Shown here piece by piece: positions 46,262 to 55,863 of a DNA stretch of 64,000 nucleotides. Under the pieces are notes generated by a model. That model was not told the DNA's origin and did not search any database. It saw nothing but the letters and a program-made list of their open reading frames with translations. The stretch's first letter is position 1, and each line of letters opens with the position of its first letter. The position numbers were made by a program, and so were the translations under genes. The DNA comes from an uncultured Bacteroidales bacterium (GTDB lineage: Bacteria > Bacteroidota > Bacteroidia > Bacteroidales > UBA932): contig CAMHTE010000001.1 in assembly GCA_946187975.1 (NCBI GenBank), positions 726 through 64,725 on the forward strand, read 5' to 3'.

Positions 46262-46654
46262 TGGAGATGGGCGGGGTCGAACCGCCGTCCAAACAACGTC
46301 CCAAAAGGCTTTCTACACGCTTATCCTTCCTTTGTATTTCGTCGACGGGCTGCCGGAAGACGGGCCATCCGCCGCTTATCCCCTGAATCTTGGCGCAGTT
46401 TAAGGGAGTCCCCGCGTGCAGGCGTCCTGAATGATACCCCTTGATCCGCACATGGATGCCTTGAAGGCGGAGGGATACTCGTCAGCAGCGCACCTTGGCG
46501 CCCCGATTAAGCCTGTCTGCTTGGCAGATTAGGCAGCGAGTGCATAGTTGCTGTTGCCAGCTAATTTTTTGTCGGTTGAGATTAACGGGCCAGCCTCCGA
46601 AAGCCCGGCGTGCTTACCTTCCGTGATCGATGCTGTCAAAACCAATACATCCCC
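46262..46654 (-). ncRNA. ssrA: tmRNA; tag peptide (A)GNSNYALAA at 46529-46558
   Basis: 5' GGGGATGTATTGGTTTTGAC, 3' GGCGGTTCGACCCCGCCCATCTCCA, internal GGC AAC AGC AAC TAT GCA CTC GCT GCC TAA; TATCTTTG promoter at 46673-46680. Confidence 0.95.
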
Positions 46655-46681
46655 ATAGTCGGTATAATCATGCAAAGATAA

Positions 46682-48010
46682 TCATTTTTCCGGAATAATA
46701 CCAGCGTTGAGCCGTATCCTCGCCTCCAGTTCCCAGGTACGGATCCTATCCTTGTAAAGGTTGTTCGCGTTGATGGCTGCTATGCCCAGGCCATGGTCGG
46801 AATTGTCGTCCCAGCGGCGGCAGTAATACAGCACGTCGTAGATTCGTCCGATACGATATTCCCTGCTCACACGCAATCCTACGGCATAATCCTCACCGTA
46901 TTTCGTGGTCGGGAAGTTCATATTCCTGAGCACCTGCGTGGCAAAGGCCCTGGGCGCCCCGAGTCCATTCACCCTCAGGGCGTTGTTGCGTCCGTTGTCC
47001 GGCGTCCATTCGCGATGGTCTATCACTCCCGGAGGTATGGTGTTGAGGTCGAAATCGGTGATGCAGTAAGTTCCCACCACCATGGCGCAACGCTGCTCGC
47101 GGAAAGCGTCCACAAACTTCTGAAGGGTGTCCGGGCCGCTGTAAACGTCGTCGGAATCGAGCTGTACCGCGTAGCGTCCGCAGTTCTTAAAATGCAGGGC
47201 CGCGTTCCAGTTACCGCCTATGGCATGATAGGTAGTGTCCTGGGCCAGGTAGAAAAAGCCGGGGGTGCCGAGGAAGGACGAAATGACACTCACAGTTCCG
47301 TCGGTGGAATTATCGTCCACTACTATCACGTTGTAACGGAAATCTGTTTTCTGCGACAGCGCGCTGCGTATGGCATCCCCTATGGTGCGTACCCGGTTCT
47401 TGCAGGGTATGATTACCGACGCCTCGTATTCGAATTCTCCCTCAGAAGGATCGAAGTCGCGGAATTCGGGCTTCAGCCAGGCTCCCACTGCCTTGAGATG
47501 GGCGGTACATGCCTTTTCCATCTCTACCTGCACCGCACGGTTCTTGGGATCCACGTAATCGAAAATCTTCTCGCCGGAATCGCGCCTGTCGGTATCGAGT
47601 TCGTAATAAAGATACTCGTTGATGTGCTCTATCCTGCCGAGCCTGGAGACCCGGAGCCTCAGGTCGTAAAGTCCGGCGTGGATATAGTCGGCTTCCATTC
47701 CGGCGACCGCCTCCTTTAGCACCGACGTACGGTACATCTGGACTCCTCCGAAATCGAAGTCGTCCCGCAGGGACCCCTTCTGATAATCAATTACGGGAGC
47801 CGGCTCTTCACCGTTGAAATGATCGGAATAAACCATCGCGGCGCCGATATCGTCGGCAATCTGCACCATGCGCTCAAGACCGAAATCCACAAAACGGAGT
47901 TCGGTGGGGCGGGTATAGATAATGGTGTAATCGGTGTCGGCGTCCGCGGCGATCCGGCGTATCTGTTCCGTCGAAAAACCTGACGGACGGAAAATCTTAA
48001 CCCTGTGCAT
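46682..48010 (-). CDS. Glycosyltransferase family 2
   Basis: SVIIP..NR, VVDDNSTDGT, QLDSDD, YGEDY. Confidence 0.85.
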   Translation of the reverse strand: MHRVKIFRPSGFSTEQIRRIAADADTDYTIIYTRPTELRFVDFGLERMVQIADDIGAAMVYSDHFNGEEPAPVIDYQKGSLRDDFDFGGVQMYRTSVLKEAVAGMEADYIHAGLYDLRLRVSRLGRIEHINEYLYYELDTDRRDSGEKIFDYVDPKNRAVQVEMEKACTAHLKAVGAWLKPEFRDFDPSEGEFEYEASVIIPCKNRVRTIGDAIRSALSQKTDFRYNVIVVDDNSTDGTVSVISSFLGTPGFFYLAQDTTYHAIGGNWNAALHFKNCGRYAVQLDSDDVYSGPDTLQKFVDAFREQRCAMVVGTYCITDFDLNTIPPGVIDHREWTPDNGRNNALRVNGLGAPRAFATQVLRNMNFPTTKYGEDYAVGLRVSREYRIGRIYDVLYYCRRWDDNSDHGLGIAAINANNLYKDRIRTWELEARIRLNAGIIPEK

Positions 48011-48063
48011 TACAAAATCATTTTGCAAGTTCAGAATTTTGCTTTATATTTGCAGCCCCTTTC

Positions 48064-48138
48064 GGGAGCATAGCTCAGCTGGTTTAGAGCACCTGCCTTA
48101 CAAGCAGGGGGTCGGCGGTTCGAATCCGTCTGCTCCCA
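48064..48138 (+). tRNA. tRNA-Val(TAC)
   Basis: GGGAGCA/TGCTCCC acceptor, CT-TAC-AA anticodon loop, GGCGG-TTCGAAT-CCGTC; TATATTTG promoter at 48045-48052. Confidence 0.96.
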
Positions 48139-48143
48139 CGGAA

Positions 48144-48172
48144 CGACAACCGGGAACGGTTGCCGTTTTTTT
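48144..48172 (+). terminator. Intrinsic terminator after tRNA-Val
   Basis: CAACCG-GGAA-CGGTTG hairpin followed by a T run. Confidence 0.7.
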
Positions 48173-48893
48173 ATTCCTTCCGCCTTATCTTCCGGAATCT
48201 CAGCTTGATCACTCCCCAGAAGGCTTCCCCGAAAATACTACCGGACATCTTGGAAGTGCCCTCCTTGCGGTTGACGAATATTACGGGAACCTCAGCAAGC
48301 CTGAATCCCAGCTTAACGGCCGAATACTTCATTTCTATCTGAAAGCCGTAACCCTTCATCTCCACCGCATCGAGGTCGATGGCTTCCAGCACCCTGCGGC
48401 TGTAGCAGACAAAGCCGGCAGTACTGTCGAAGATACGGACTCCCAGGGTCTTGCGGACGTACACCGACGCAAAGTACGACATCAGGATACGTCCTATGGG
48501 CCAGTTTACGACGCTCACGCCGTCGGAGTAACGGGAACCCACAGCAAGGTCGGCCCCACCTTCGCAGGCAGCTAGAAGTCTTGGCAGGTCAGCGGGATCG
48601 TGGGAGAAGTCGGCATCCATCTCGAATACGTAATCGTATCCATGCTCGAGCGCCCAGCGGAAACCTGTGAGATACGCCGTCCCAAGTCCCAGTTTACCCT
48701 CGCGGCGGATAAGGTTCAGCCTCTCCCCGAATTCGGGAATCAGTTCCTCAACTGCGGCTGCGGTGCCGTCGGGAGAACCATCGTCGATGATGAGCACGCT
48801 GAACTCCCCTTCCAGGCCGAGTACGGCGCGGATTATCTTCTGAACGTTCTCAATCTCGTTGTAAGTGGGAATTATGACCAGTTTGCCCTTCAT
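48171..48893 (-). CDS. Polyprenol monophosphomannose synthase (DPM1-like GT2)
   Basis: IIPTYNE, DDGSPDGT, GLGTAY, EMDADFSH, GSRY, GYGFQIE; true start 48893. Confidence 0.9.
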   Translation of the reverse strand: MKGKLVIIPTYNEIENVQKIIRAVLGLEGEFSVLIIDDGSPDGTAAAVEELIPEFGERLNLIRREGKLGLGTAYLTGFRWALEHGYDYVFEMDADFSHDPADLPRLLAACEGGADLAVGSRYSDGVSVVNWPIGRILMSYFASVYVRKTLGVRIFDSTAGFVCYSRRVLEAIDLDAVEMKGYGFQIEMKYSAVKLGFRLAEVPVIFVNRKEGTSKMSGSIFGEAFWGVIKLRFRKIRRKE

Positions 48894-48918
48894 GATATGC
48901 AAATATACAAAAAAAGAG

Positions 48919-51051
48919 TCATCGAACCATGCCCAACGAAATACGTCCGCGTTCCATGTCCACATCCAGCACCCGCACCTTCAGTGTCTGGTGCAGTTTA
49001 ACCACTTTCGAAGGATCGGTTCCGCGGGGACCCATCTGCGAAACGTGCAGCAGGCCGTTCTCATGAAGGCCTATGTCCACGAATGCGCCGAAATTGGTTA
49101 CGTTGGTTACGATACCGGGCAGTTCCATCCCGGCACGGAGGTCGTCCAGGCTGCGAATGTCGTCCGCGAACGCGAAGTCGGATGCCTGCTCCCTGGGGTC
49201 GAGCCCGGGTTTGGCAAGTTCCTTTATTATGTCGGTAACAGTGGGAAGGCCCACTTCGCCTCCTACGTAACGCTCCGCCTGTATGCGCGAGCAGAGTTCG
49301 GCACTGCCCACGAGTTCCTTCACGGAAACTCCCAGGTCGGCTGCCATGCGGTCTACCACGAAGTACGACTCCGGGTGTACGGCCGAATTGTCAAGGGGAT
49401 TGGCGGCATCCCTTATGCGCAGGAAACCGGCACACTGGCGGAAAGCCTTGTCGCCCAGACGGGGAACCCTGTGCAGGTCTTCCCTTGAACGGAAAGGTCC
49501 GTCCGAAGCCCTTGAAGCGACTATATTTGCGGCCAGCTGGGGCCCTATACCCGCCACGTAACGCAACAGCCAGGGGCTGGCCGTATTGAGGTTGACGCCC
49601 ACGGAGTTTACGCAGGCCTCCACCGTATTGTCCAGTTTCTCCTTCAACAGGGCCTGATCCACGTCGTGCTGATACTGTCCTATTCCGAGATTCTTGGGGT
49701 CTATCTTAACCAATTCGGCGAGCGGATCCATCAGGCGGCGTCCGATCGATACGGCTCCACGTACGGTGACATCTTCGTCAGGGAATTCCTCGCGCCCCAC
49801 CTCGGAGGCAGAATAAATCGAGGCTCCGTCCTCGCTGACGGTCCACACCTTGCACCCTTCCGGAAGCTCCACCTTCCTCAGGAAGTCGGCTGTCTCGCGG
49901 CTGGCGGTCCCGTTACCTACAGCCACCGCCTCTATACGGTACTTCTCCAGCATGTCCTGCACCGCAACCAGGGCCTTGACCTTCTCGTTCTGAGGAGGAT
50001 GCGGGTATATTACGGTGTGGTAGAGCAGCGTTCCCTGTTCGTCCAGGCAGGCTATCTTGCATCCGTTGCGGAAGCCTGGATCGATGGCCATCGTGCGCTT
50101 CTGTCCTACCGGCGCTCCAAGCAGCAGCTGGCGCAGGTTGTCGCCGAATACGCGTATGCTTTCAATATCGGCCTTTTCCTTGGCTTCCTTTATCACTTCG
50201 GTGCTGACCGAAGGTTCCAACAGGCGTTTGTATGCGTCGTCCACGGCCTCGCGAATCTGTGCCGCGAGTTCGGGCCCGGGATATCCTCCTTCCTTGCAGA
50301 AGTCGTAGTAAATCTTGTTGCCGCATTTTTCGGGATCGGCGTCTATGCTTACCGAAAGGTATCCCTCCCCTGCCGCACGCAGCACGGCCAGAAGACTGTG
50401 TGCCGGAATCCTGGCTATTGGCATGGTCCAGTCGAAGTAGCTGCGGTACTTTGCAGCATCAGGGGAAGATGCGGCCTTCGTGGCCTTGCACACCAGCCTC
50501 CTGGAACGGAATATGGCGCGGAGGGCCTCCCGTACGGTAGCCGAATCGCTCAGGCGCTCGGCGATAATGTCCCTTGCCCCGGCAAGTGCGGCGTCGGCAT
50601 CTGGGACCTTGTCTCCCACATATTTGGCGGCTTCTGCGAGCGGATTGCGCACACGGCGGTTCCACATGGCGTCGGCAAGGGGTTCGAGCCCCGCCTCCTT
50701 AGCTACCGTGGCACGGGTACGCCGGCGCGGACGGTAAGGAAGATAGAGGTCCTCGAGTTCCTGAGGCACCGTGCACGATTCTATCTTTTTCCGGAGGGTA
50801 TCATCGAGTGCTCCAGCCTCCGCGATGGTAGCGAGGATGGTCTCCTTGCGCTTTTCCATCTGGTCGAAGACGTCCACCCAGTGCTTCAGTTCCGCCACTT
50901 CGGCGTCGTCCATTCCGCCTGTCTTTTCCTTGCGGTAACGGCTGATGAACGGAATGGTATCTCCCTCCGCGAACATGTCGGCACAGTTCTCCACCTGCCA
51001 GGCTTTCAGCCCGAGGTGCTCTGCCAGATAATTGACGTATATGCTCTTCAT
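48919..51051 (-). CDS. Tex family RNA-binding protein
   Basis: TIPFISRYRKE, DPGFRNGCK, GASIYSAS, DPLAELVKI, C-terminal S1 (FGAFVDIG). Confidence 0.93.
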   Translation of the reverse strand: MKSIYVNYLAEHLGLKAWQVENCADMFAEGDTIPFISRYRKEKTGGMDDAEVAELKHWVDVFDQMEKRKETILATIAEAGALDDTLRKKIESCTVPQELEDLYLPYRPRRRTRATVAKEAGLEPLADAMWNRRVRNPLAEAAKYVGDKVPDADAALAGARDIIAERLSDSATVREALRAIFRSRRLVCKATKAASSPDAAKYRSYFDWTMPIARIPAHSLLAVLRAAGEGYLSVSIDADPEKCGNKIYYDFCKEGGYPGPELAAQIREAVDDAYKRLLEPSVSTEVIKEAKEKADIESIRVFGDNLRQLLLGAPVGQKRTMAIDPGFRNGCKIACLDEQGTLLYHTVIYPHPPQNEKVKALVAVQDMLEKYRIEAVAVGNGTASRETADFLRKVELPEGCKVWTVSEDGASIYSASEVGREEFPDEDVTVRGAVSIGRRLMDPLAELVKIDPKNLGIGQYQHDVDQALLKEKLDNTVEACVNSVGVNLNTASPWLLRYVAGIGPQLAANIVASRASDGPFRSREDLHRVPRLGDKAFRQCAGFLRIRDAANPLDNSAVHPESYFVVDRMAADLGVSVKELVGSAELCSRIQAERYVGGEVGLPTVTDIIKELAKPGLDPREQASDFAFADDIRSLDDLRAGMELPGIVTNVTNFGAFVDIGLHENGLLHVSQMGPRGTDPSKVVKLHQTLKVRVLDVDMERGRISLGMVR

Positions 51052-51063
51052 ATGCGTAACTGT

Positions 51064-52782
51064 CTAGTCTTCGGTAAGTTGTTTAAGTTCTTCCCGATAT
51101 GCCGTAAGTATCCTCGAACGGGAAATAAAGCCTTTATAACGGCCGCCTTCATCCAGGACCGGCAGTCGCCAGGCTCCCGTGACGTCGAACTTCCGCATCA
51201 CGCTTTCCATCTTTTCGTCTTCGTACACATAATCCTGAGTTGAATGCATCAGGTCGCGTACAAAGAGGCTGTCCTGTTGTTCGGGCGAAAGCATATACTT
51301 GCGTATGTCGTCCATTTCCAGCACCCCGCGGAAGCCTCCGTCCGCATCCACGACAGGAAAGACTGCGACAGTGCTCGAGGCTACGATATCCCGAATGCCG
51401 GAGAGGCTGTCGTCGGGCGACACGTGCGGATACTTGTCGCGCACGAGGTCCCTGGTATGCAGGAGGGTAAGAACGGCCTGATCGCTGTCGTGGGTGAGAA
51501 GGTCGCCGCTCTGGGCTATGCGCTTGGTGTATATCGAATACTTTTCGCGTATGCGTGTAACTCCGTAAGCTACTGTGGCACAAAGGATAAGCGGCAGCAG
51601 AAGCTCATATCCGCCGGTTATTTCGGCTATAAGGAAGATGGCAGTCATCGGAGCCTGCATCACCCCGGCCATGAGGCCCGCCATTCCTACCAGCACAAAG
51701 TTCTGCTCGGGCAGGGATCCTCCGCAGAGATTGATGGAACGGACGATTATATAGCCCAGGATGGCTCCCTCGAAGAGAGTCGGTCCGAAGGTTCCGCCCA
51801 CGCCCCCACCGGAATTGGTAAGGGTCATGGAAACTACTTTCAGGAGCAGTACGAGCAGGAAGAAGAAAGGCACTCCCCACTCAGAAACGCTTACCGGAAG
51901 CTCTTCCCCGCCCAGCAGGCCCAGCACCGATGCATAGCCTTCTCCGAAGAGGGGCGGGAACATAATCAGCAGAATACCCAGTCCGGCGGCACATACCATC
52001 CATCGTACATACGGACTGCGCAGAGTACGCTGAATGCGGTCTTCCAACCAGAGGGTCAGATGGGTGAAATAAAGCGAGAACACCCCGCAGAACACTCCCA
52101 GTACCAGATACCAGGGCAGATTCCCCGGATTAAAGGCGGCGAGGTTGCAGGCGAAGGGTGCGTGAATTCCAAGGAAGGCGTATGATACTACCGTCGCAGT
52201 GAGGGTGGATGCCAGGAGCGGCACCATGGAACTCATGGAGATATTGAAGAGTAGTATCTCCAGAGTGAACAGGACACCGGCGAGCGGAGCCTTGAAGATG
52301 CCGGCTATTGCACCGGCCGCACCGCAGCCGAGCAGCACCGTCACTCCCCTGTGTGACAGGCGGAAAGCCCGTCCTATGTTACTGCCGAATGCCGCACCGG
52401 TATAAACTATAGGGGCCTCGGCACCGACGGAACCTCCGAATCCTATGGTGAGCGCACTGGTAAGCAGCGACGACCACATGTTATGGGGTTTTATACGCGA
52501 CTCGTTGCGCGATACCGCGAGCAATACCTTGGTAACTCCGTGACCTATGTTGTCCTTGACAAAATAGCGCACCACCAGCAGCGACAGAAGCATGCCCGCC
52601 GCCGGCAGGATTACATATCCCAGATGCAGCGGAATCGCTTCCGCCACACGTTTTACGTTATGCTGCAGAAACTCTATCGAGCGGACGAGGAGCACGGCTG
52701 AACCGCCGGCACACAGCCCGACGAGGATGCTGAGTATCAGGAGTTTGGTAGATTCGCTGAGTCTTCCCGGGCCGCCGGTCAT
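51064..52782 (-). CDS. ClC family chloride channel/antiporter with CBS pair
   Basis: GHGV, GGSVGAEAP, FKAPLAG, GGVGGTFGP, SIY, C-terminal CBS domains. Confidence 0.9.
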   Translation of the reverse strand: MTGGPGRLSESTKLLILSILVGLCAGGSAVLLVRSIEFLQHNVKRVAEAIPLHLGYVILPAAGMLLSLLVVRYFVKDNIGHGVTKVLLAVSRNESRIKPHNMWSSLLTSALTIGFGGSVGAEAPIVYTGAAFGSNIGRAFRLSHRGVTVLLGCGAAGAIAGIFKAPLAGVLFTLEILLFNISMSSMVPLLASTLTATVVSYAFLGIHAPFACNLAAFNPGNLPWYLVLGVFCGVFSLYFTHLTLWLEDRIQRTLRSPYVRWMVCAAGLGILLIMFPPLFGEGYASVLGLLGGEELPVSVSEWGVPFFFLLVLLLKVVSMTLTNSGGGVGGTFGPTLFEGAILGYIIVRSINLCGGSLPEQNFVLVGMAGLMAGVMQAPMTAIFLIAEITGGYELLLPLILCATVAYGVTRIREKYSIYTKRIAQSGDLLTHDSDQAVLTLLHTRDLVRDKYPHVSPDDSLSGIRDIVASSTVAVFPVVDADGGFRGVLEMDDIRKYMLSPEQQDSLFVRDLMHSTQDYVYEDEKMESVMRKFDVTGAWRLPVLDEGGRYKGFISRSRILTAYREELKQLTED

Positions 52783-52788
52783 GGCACA

Positions 52789-53160
52789 TCAGTCGGCGTC
52801 GGACGGATCGTCGTCTCCGCCGTACTGGGAGATATTGTCGTCGGGAAGGGTCCCCGTCCCGGCATCGGCATCGGCGGAAGGTCCGGCCACCTGCTCGTTC
52901 TCAGCGTTTTCCTCGCCTTCGAGCCAGCGCTCGATGTCTTCGACATCATCGGTCTCCACCTTGATCTTTACAAGATAGATCGCATCGGGTATCTCGATGG
53001 TAACCGCATAGAACGGAGTACCGTCCGGCTTCGTATAGCGGACCAGGTCCTGGAGCCAGTCGTTGTATCCCTTGGGGTATTTAGCGTTGAATGCGGAAGC
53101 GAGTTCTTCGGACATGTTCTCGTAACTCACCACGTGCCTTTTCTTGATATCCTGTGCCAT
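52789..53160 (-). CDS. Hypothetical protein with acidic C-terminal tail
   Basis: 123 aa ORF co-oriented with its neighbours, host-like codon use, D/E-rich tail. Confidence 0.75.
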   Translation of the reverse strand: MAQDIKKRHVVSYENMSEELASAFNAKYPKGYNDWLQDLVRYTKPDGTPFYAVTIEIPDAIYLVKIKVETDDVEDIERWLEGEENAENEQVAGPSADADAGTGTLPDDNISQYGGDDDPSDAD

Positions 53161-53216
53161 AGTTCTTGTTTATGGGTACAATAATACGGCAAAAATCCGA
53201 ATATGCAAGAATAAAT

Positions 53217-54995
53217 CTACATTCTTTGCGGCAATTCTATTCCAAGAAGGTTCATGGCCTTTGCCAGAACCCCTGCAAGGGTGCCTGCAAGCGACAGGCG
53301 CATGTCGCGGGACTCGGCATCCGGCTCACGCAGGATGGGGGTTTCGTGGTAATACTGGTTGAACTCCTTGGCAAGGTCGTAGGCATACGCTGCGATGACC
53401 GCCGGCGAGAATCCGGCGGCAGCTTCGGCCACCTTCTGCGGATACTGGTCCAGCAGGCGTACAAGGCGTATCTCCTTGGGGCTCAGCTCCGCTCCGGTAA
53501 GGGCCGGTACGTATCCGAGTTCTCCCGCCTTGCGGAGTATCGAACAAATGCGGGCGTGAGTGTACTGGATGAAGGGTCCCGTATTACCGTTGAAGTCGAT
53601 GGACTCCTTGGGATTGAAGAGCATCTTCTTCCTGGGATCGACCTTGAGAATGAAGTACTTGAGGGCGCCGAGGCCGATTACAGACCAGAGGCGGTCCTTC
53701 TCGGCTTCGTCCACGTCCTCGAGTTTTCCGGATTCTTCCGAAGTGGTGCGGGCCTCGCGGCGCATCTGCTCCATAAGGTCGTCCGCATCCACCACGGTCC
53801 CCTCGCGGGACTTCATCTTTCCGTCGGGCAGTTCCACCATTCCGTAAGACAGGTGGAAGATGCGCTCCGCCCAGTCGAAGCCGAGCTTTGCGAGCACCAG
53901 CTTCAGTACCTGGAAATGGTAGTTCTGTTCGTCGCCAACCACGTAGACGTGGGAATCCAGATTATATTCGGCGAAACGCCTTTCGGCCGTTCCGAGATCC
54001 TGTGTCATGTAAACGGACGTGCCGTCGGAGCGCAGCAGGAGCTTGCGGTCGAGCCCGTCCGCGGTGAGGTCGCACCATACGCTCCCGTCTGGATCGCGCT
54101 GGAACACACCCATATCAAGCCCCTTCTGCACCAGCTCCTTGCCAAGCAGATAGGTCTGGGACTCGTAATAAACCTTGTCGAAACTGATTCCCAGAGTCTT
54201 GTAGGTCTGCTCGAAGCCGGAAAGCACCCAGCCGTTCATCTTCTTCCAGAGGGCGCGCACTTCAGGGTCTCCCTGCTCCCACTTTACGAGCATTTCGTGC
54301 ACAGCCTTCATGCAGGGGGCCTCTTTCTCGGCCTGTTCCTTATCCATTCCGCCGGCTACCAAAGCATCGACTTCCCTGCGAAGGATATCGTTGAAGGCCA
54401 CATAGCAGTCTCCTACCAGATGGTCGCCCTTCTTGCCGGACGATTCAGGGGTTGCCCCGTCGAAGCACTGCTGCCACGCGTACATCGATTTGCAGATGTG
54501 CACTCCGCGGTCGTTCACAAGCGTAGCCTTGATGACTTCGTTGCCGGCGGCCGCGAGCAGACGGCTCACGGATTCTCCGAGAAGATTATTACGGACATGG
54601 CCCAGATGCAGGGGCTTGTTGGTATTGGGGGAAGAGAATTCCACCATTATCCTGCGTCCGGTGGGAGGAAGCTGCCCAAAGGAAGCGTCGGAAGTGACGG
54701 CCTCGAGAGCCTCCCGCCAGAAGAGGTTGGAAAAGCAGATGTTAAGGAAGCCCTTGACGCTGTTGAAAGCGCGGATTTCCGGGCAGTTCTCCAGCAGCCA
54801 TGACCCTATGGCCTCACCGGTGGCATCCGGACTGCTGTGAGAGATACGCAAAAGAGGGAAAAGCACCAGGGTGCAGTCTCCCTCGAATTCCTTGCGGGTG
54901 AAGGTCACCTGAAGGGCGGACGGTTCAACGTCGGTATTGTACAGCGCCTTAACCGCAAGCGCAGCTTTGGAAGCGATGAATTGTTCCGGAGTCAT
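53217..54995 (-). CDS. argS: Arginine--tRNA ligase
   Basis: EFSSPNTNKPLHLGH, KMKSREG, GNTGPFIQY, DALR domain ending in RM. Confidence 0.96.
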   Translation of the reverse strand: MTPEQFIASKAALAVKALYNTDVEPSALQVTFTRKEFEGDCTLVLFPLLRISHSSPDATGEAIGSWLLENCPEIRAFNSVKGFLNICFSNLFWREALEAVTSDASFGQLPPTGRRIMVEFSSPNTNKPLHLGHVRNNLLGESVSRLLAAAGNEVIKATLVNDRGVHICKSMYAWQQCFDGATPESSGKKGDHLVGDCYVAFNDILRREVDALVAGGMDKEQAEKEAPCMKAVHEMLVKWEQGDPEVRALWKKMNGWVLSGFEQTYKTLGISFDKVYYESQTYLLGKELVQKGLDMGVFQRDPDGSVWCDLTADGLDRKLLLRSDGTSVYMTQDLGTAERRFAEYNLDSHVYVVGDEQNYHFQVLKLVLAKLGFDWAERIFHLSYGMVELPDGKMKSREGTVVDADDLMEQMRREARTTSEESGKLEDVDEAEKDRLWSVIGLGALKYFILKVDPRKKMLFNPKESIDFNGNTGPFIQYTHARICSILRKAGELGYVPALTGAELSPKEIRLVRLLDQYPQKVAEAAAGFSPAVIAAYAYDLAKEFNQYYHETPILREPDAESRDMRLSLAGTLAGVLAKAMNLLGIELPQRM

Positions 54996-54996
54996 G

Positions 54997-55857
54997 TCAG
55001 CCGAGGTAAGACTTGAGCAGTTTGCTTGCAGAAGGTTTCTTGAGCTTGCGCAAAGCCTTTTCCTTTATCTGGCGGACGCGTTCGCGGGTGAGGTCGAGGC
55101 GTTCGCCTATCTCCTCGAGTGTCATCTCCTGGCATCCTATGCCGAAGAAACTCTTGATTATCTCACGCTCGCGGACGGTAAGTATCTGCAGGGCTCGCTC
55201 GATCTCGATGCTGAGGGACTCGTGGGTAAGGCCCTTGTCCGCCATGGGACTGTCGTCGTTGGGCAGGATGTCCAGCAGGCTGTTGTCTTCACCCTCCACG
55301 AAGGGGGCGTCCACGCTCACATGACGGCCGCTCACGCGCATGGTATCGGCGATCTTGTCCTGAGGGATGTCTATCATCTCGGCCAGTTCGTCGGTAGACG
55401 GCTGACGCTCATGCTCCTGTTCGAATTTTCCGAGGGCCTTGTTGATCTTGTTCAGCGAACCCACCTGGTTGAGAGGAAGGCGCACTATCCTGGACTGCTC
55501 GGCAAGGGCCTGGAGTATGCTCTGACGTATCCACCACACGGCGTACGAAATGAACTTGAATCCGCGGGTTTCGTCGAATTTCTCGGCGGCCTTGATGAGT
55601 CCGAGGTTGCCCTCGTTGATAAGGTCCGGAAGGCTGAGGCCCTGGTTCTGGTACTGTTTCGCAACGGACACCACGAACCTCAGGTTGGCCCTGGTAAGTT
55701 TTTCGAGCGCTACGGGATCACCCTTGCGGATGCGCTGCGCGAGTTCCACTTCCTCTTCCGGCGACACCAGTTCCTCGCGTCCTATTTCCTGGAGATACTT
55801 GTCCAGCGAGGCGCTCTCGCGGTTGGTGATCGATTTTGTAATCTTAAGTTGTCTCAT
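54997..55857 (-). CDS. rpoD: Primary sigma-70 factor (Bacteroidota type, no region 1.1)
   Basis: [53 protein letters not shown]. Confidence 0.93.
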   Translation of the reverse strand: MRQLKITKSITNRESASLDKYLQEIGREELVSPEEEVELAQRIRKGDPVALEKLTRANLRFVVSVAKQYQNQGLSLPDLINEGNLGLIKAAEKFDETRGFKFISYAVWWIRQSILQALAEQSRIVRLPLNQVGSLNKINKALGKFEQEHERQPSTDELAEMIDIPQDKIADTMRVSGRHVSVDAPFVEGEDNSLLDILPNDDSPMADKGLTHESLSIEIERALQILTVREREIIKSFFGIGCQEMTLEEIGERLDLTRERVRQIKEKALRKLKKPSASKLLKSYLG

Positions 55858-55863
55858 ACGGTT

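Noticed and set aside
46245-46451. N-terminal extension of Wza in the ORF track
   Set aside because: Lies within tmRNA; the lipoprotein signal starts at 46244
54997-55857. Short RpoD as a truncation
   Set aside because: Absence of region 1.1 is the normal Bacteroidota primary sigma
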